Shown here piece after piece: positions 63,827 to 64,000 of a DNA stretch of 64,000 bases; the first letter of the stretch is position 1, and each line of letters starts with the position of its first letter. The notes under the pieces were generated by a model. The model ran no database searches. It saw only the letters and a list, made by a program, of their open reading frames with translations, and was not told the DNA's origin. Source of the stretch: Phoronis australis (lineage: Eukaryota; Animalia; Phoronida); assembly GCA_002633005.1 (NCBI GenBank), contig NMRA01000625.1, positions 1 to 64,000 on the forward strand. The letters run 5' to 3'. A program made the translations under genes and the position numbers.

Positions 63827-64000
63827 CTGAAATGTAGACATACATTTCATTTTACCTCTCAATTGAATTGAATAGAGTGTTAATCCACGTCCTAACGTAA
63901 GAGCACAAAAGGCAAGAAATAACTGTTTCCATTTAAACAAAATCCAGTCAGCACTGGCTGTGCTGTGCGCTTTTTGTTATTTTCACGACCCAATTGTTTC

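Larger units (their letters stand above)
30613..64000 (+). repeat. Direct segmental duplication of 1..~19257 (tandem unit ~30.6 kb), expanded by insertions
   Basis: Position 1 ttgaccaaaa..ctaattttcactgt recurs at 30613; collinear exons and introns continue to the window end (gacccaattgtttc). Confidence 0.95.

Overview
Eukaryotic, AT-rich animal (probably marine invertebrate) genomic DNA holding two head-to-tail, minus-strand copies of one large intron-rich gene. The ORF track shows this gene only as fragments. Reading splice sites by hand gives a complete, phase-consistent 21-exon model for copy A (28984->733, 4599 nt, ~1532 aa). Copy B contributes exons 8-21 (63826->31365); its 5' end lies beyond the window. 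The predicted protein has a signal peptide, an N-terminal pro-like domain ending in a furin site (RHRVRR|S), and a beta-rich region. These are followed by two tandem Hedgehog N-terminal ('Hedge') domains, each carrying the same 4-Cys insert, then a peptidase-M15-like domain of the same fold, and a Cys-containing C-terminal region. I see no Hint/Hog domain, no VWA/cadherin array and no transmembrane helix, so it is neither canonical Hedgehog nor Hedgling. Both copies keep identical internal exon lengths with mostly synonymous changes. Copy B introns are inflated by a LINE (11-bp TSD), an ISL2EU-like DNA transposon (AT TSD), a Helentron/DINE-like element and a palindromic repeat cluster. Domain calls come from motif recognition by eye, not database searches.
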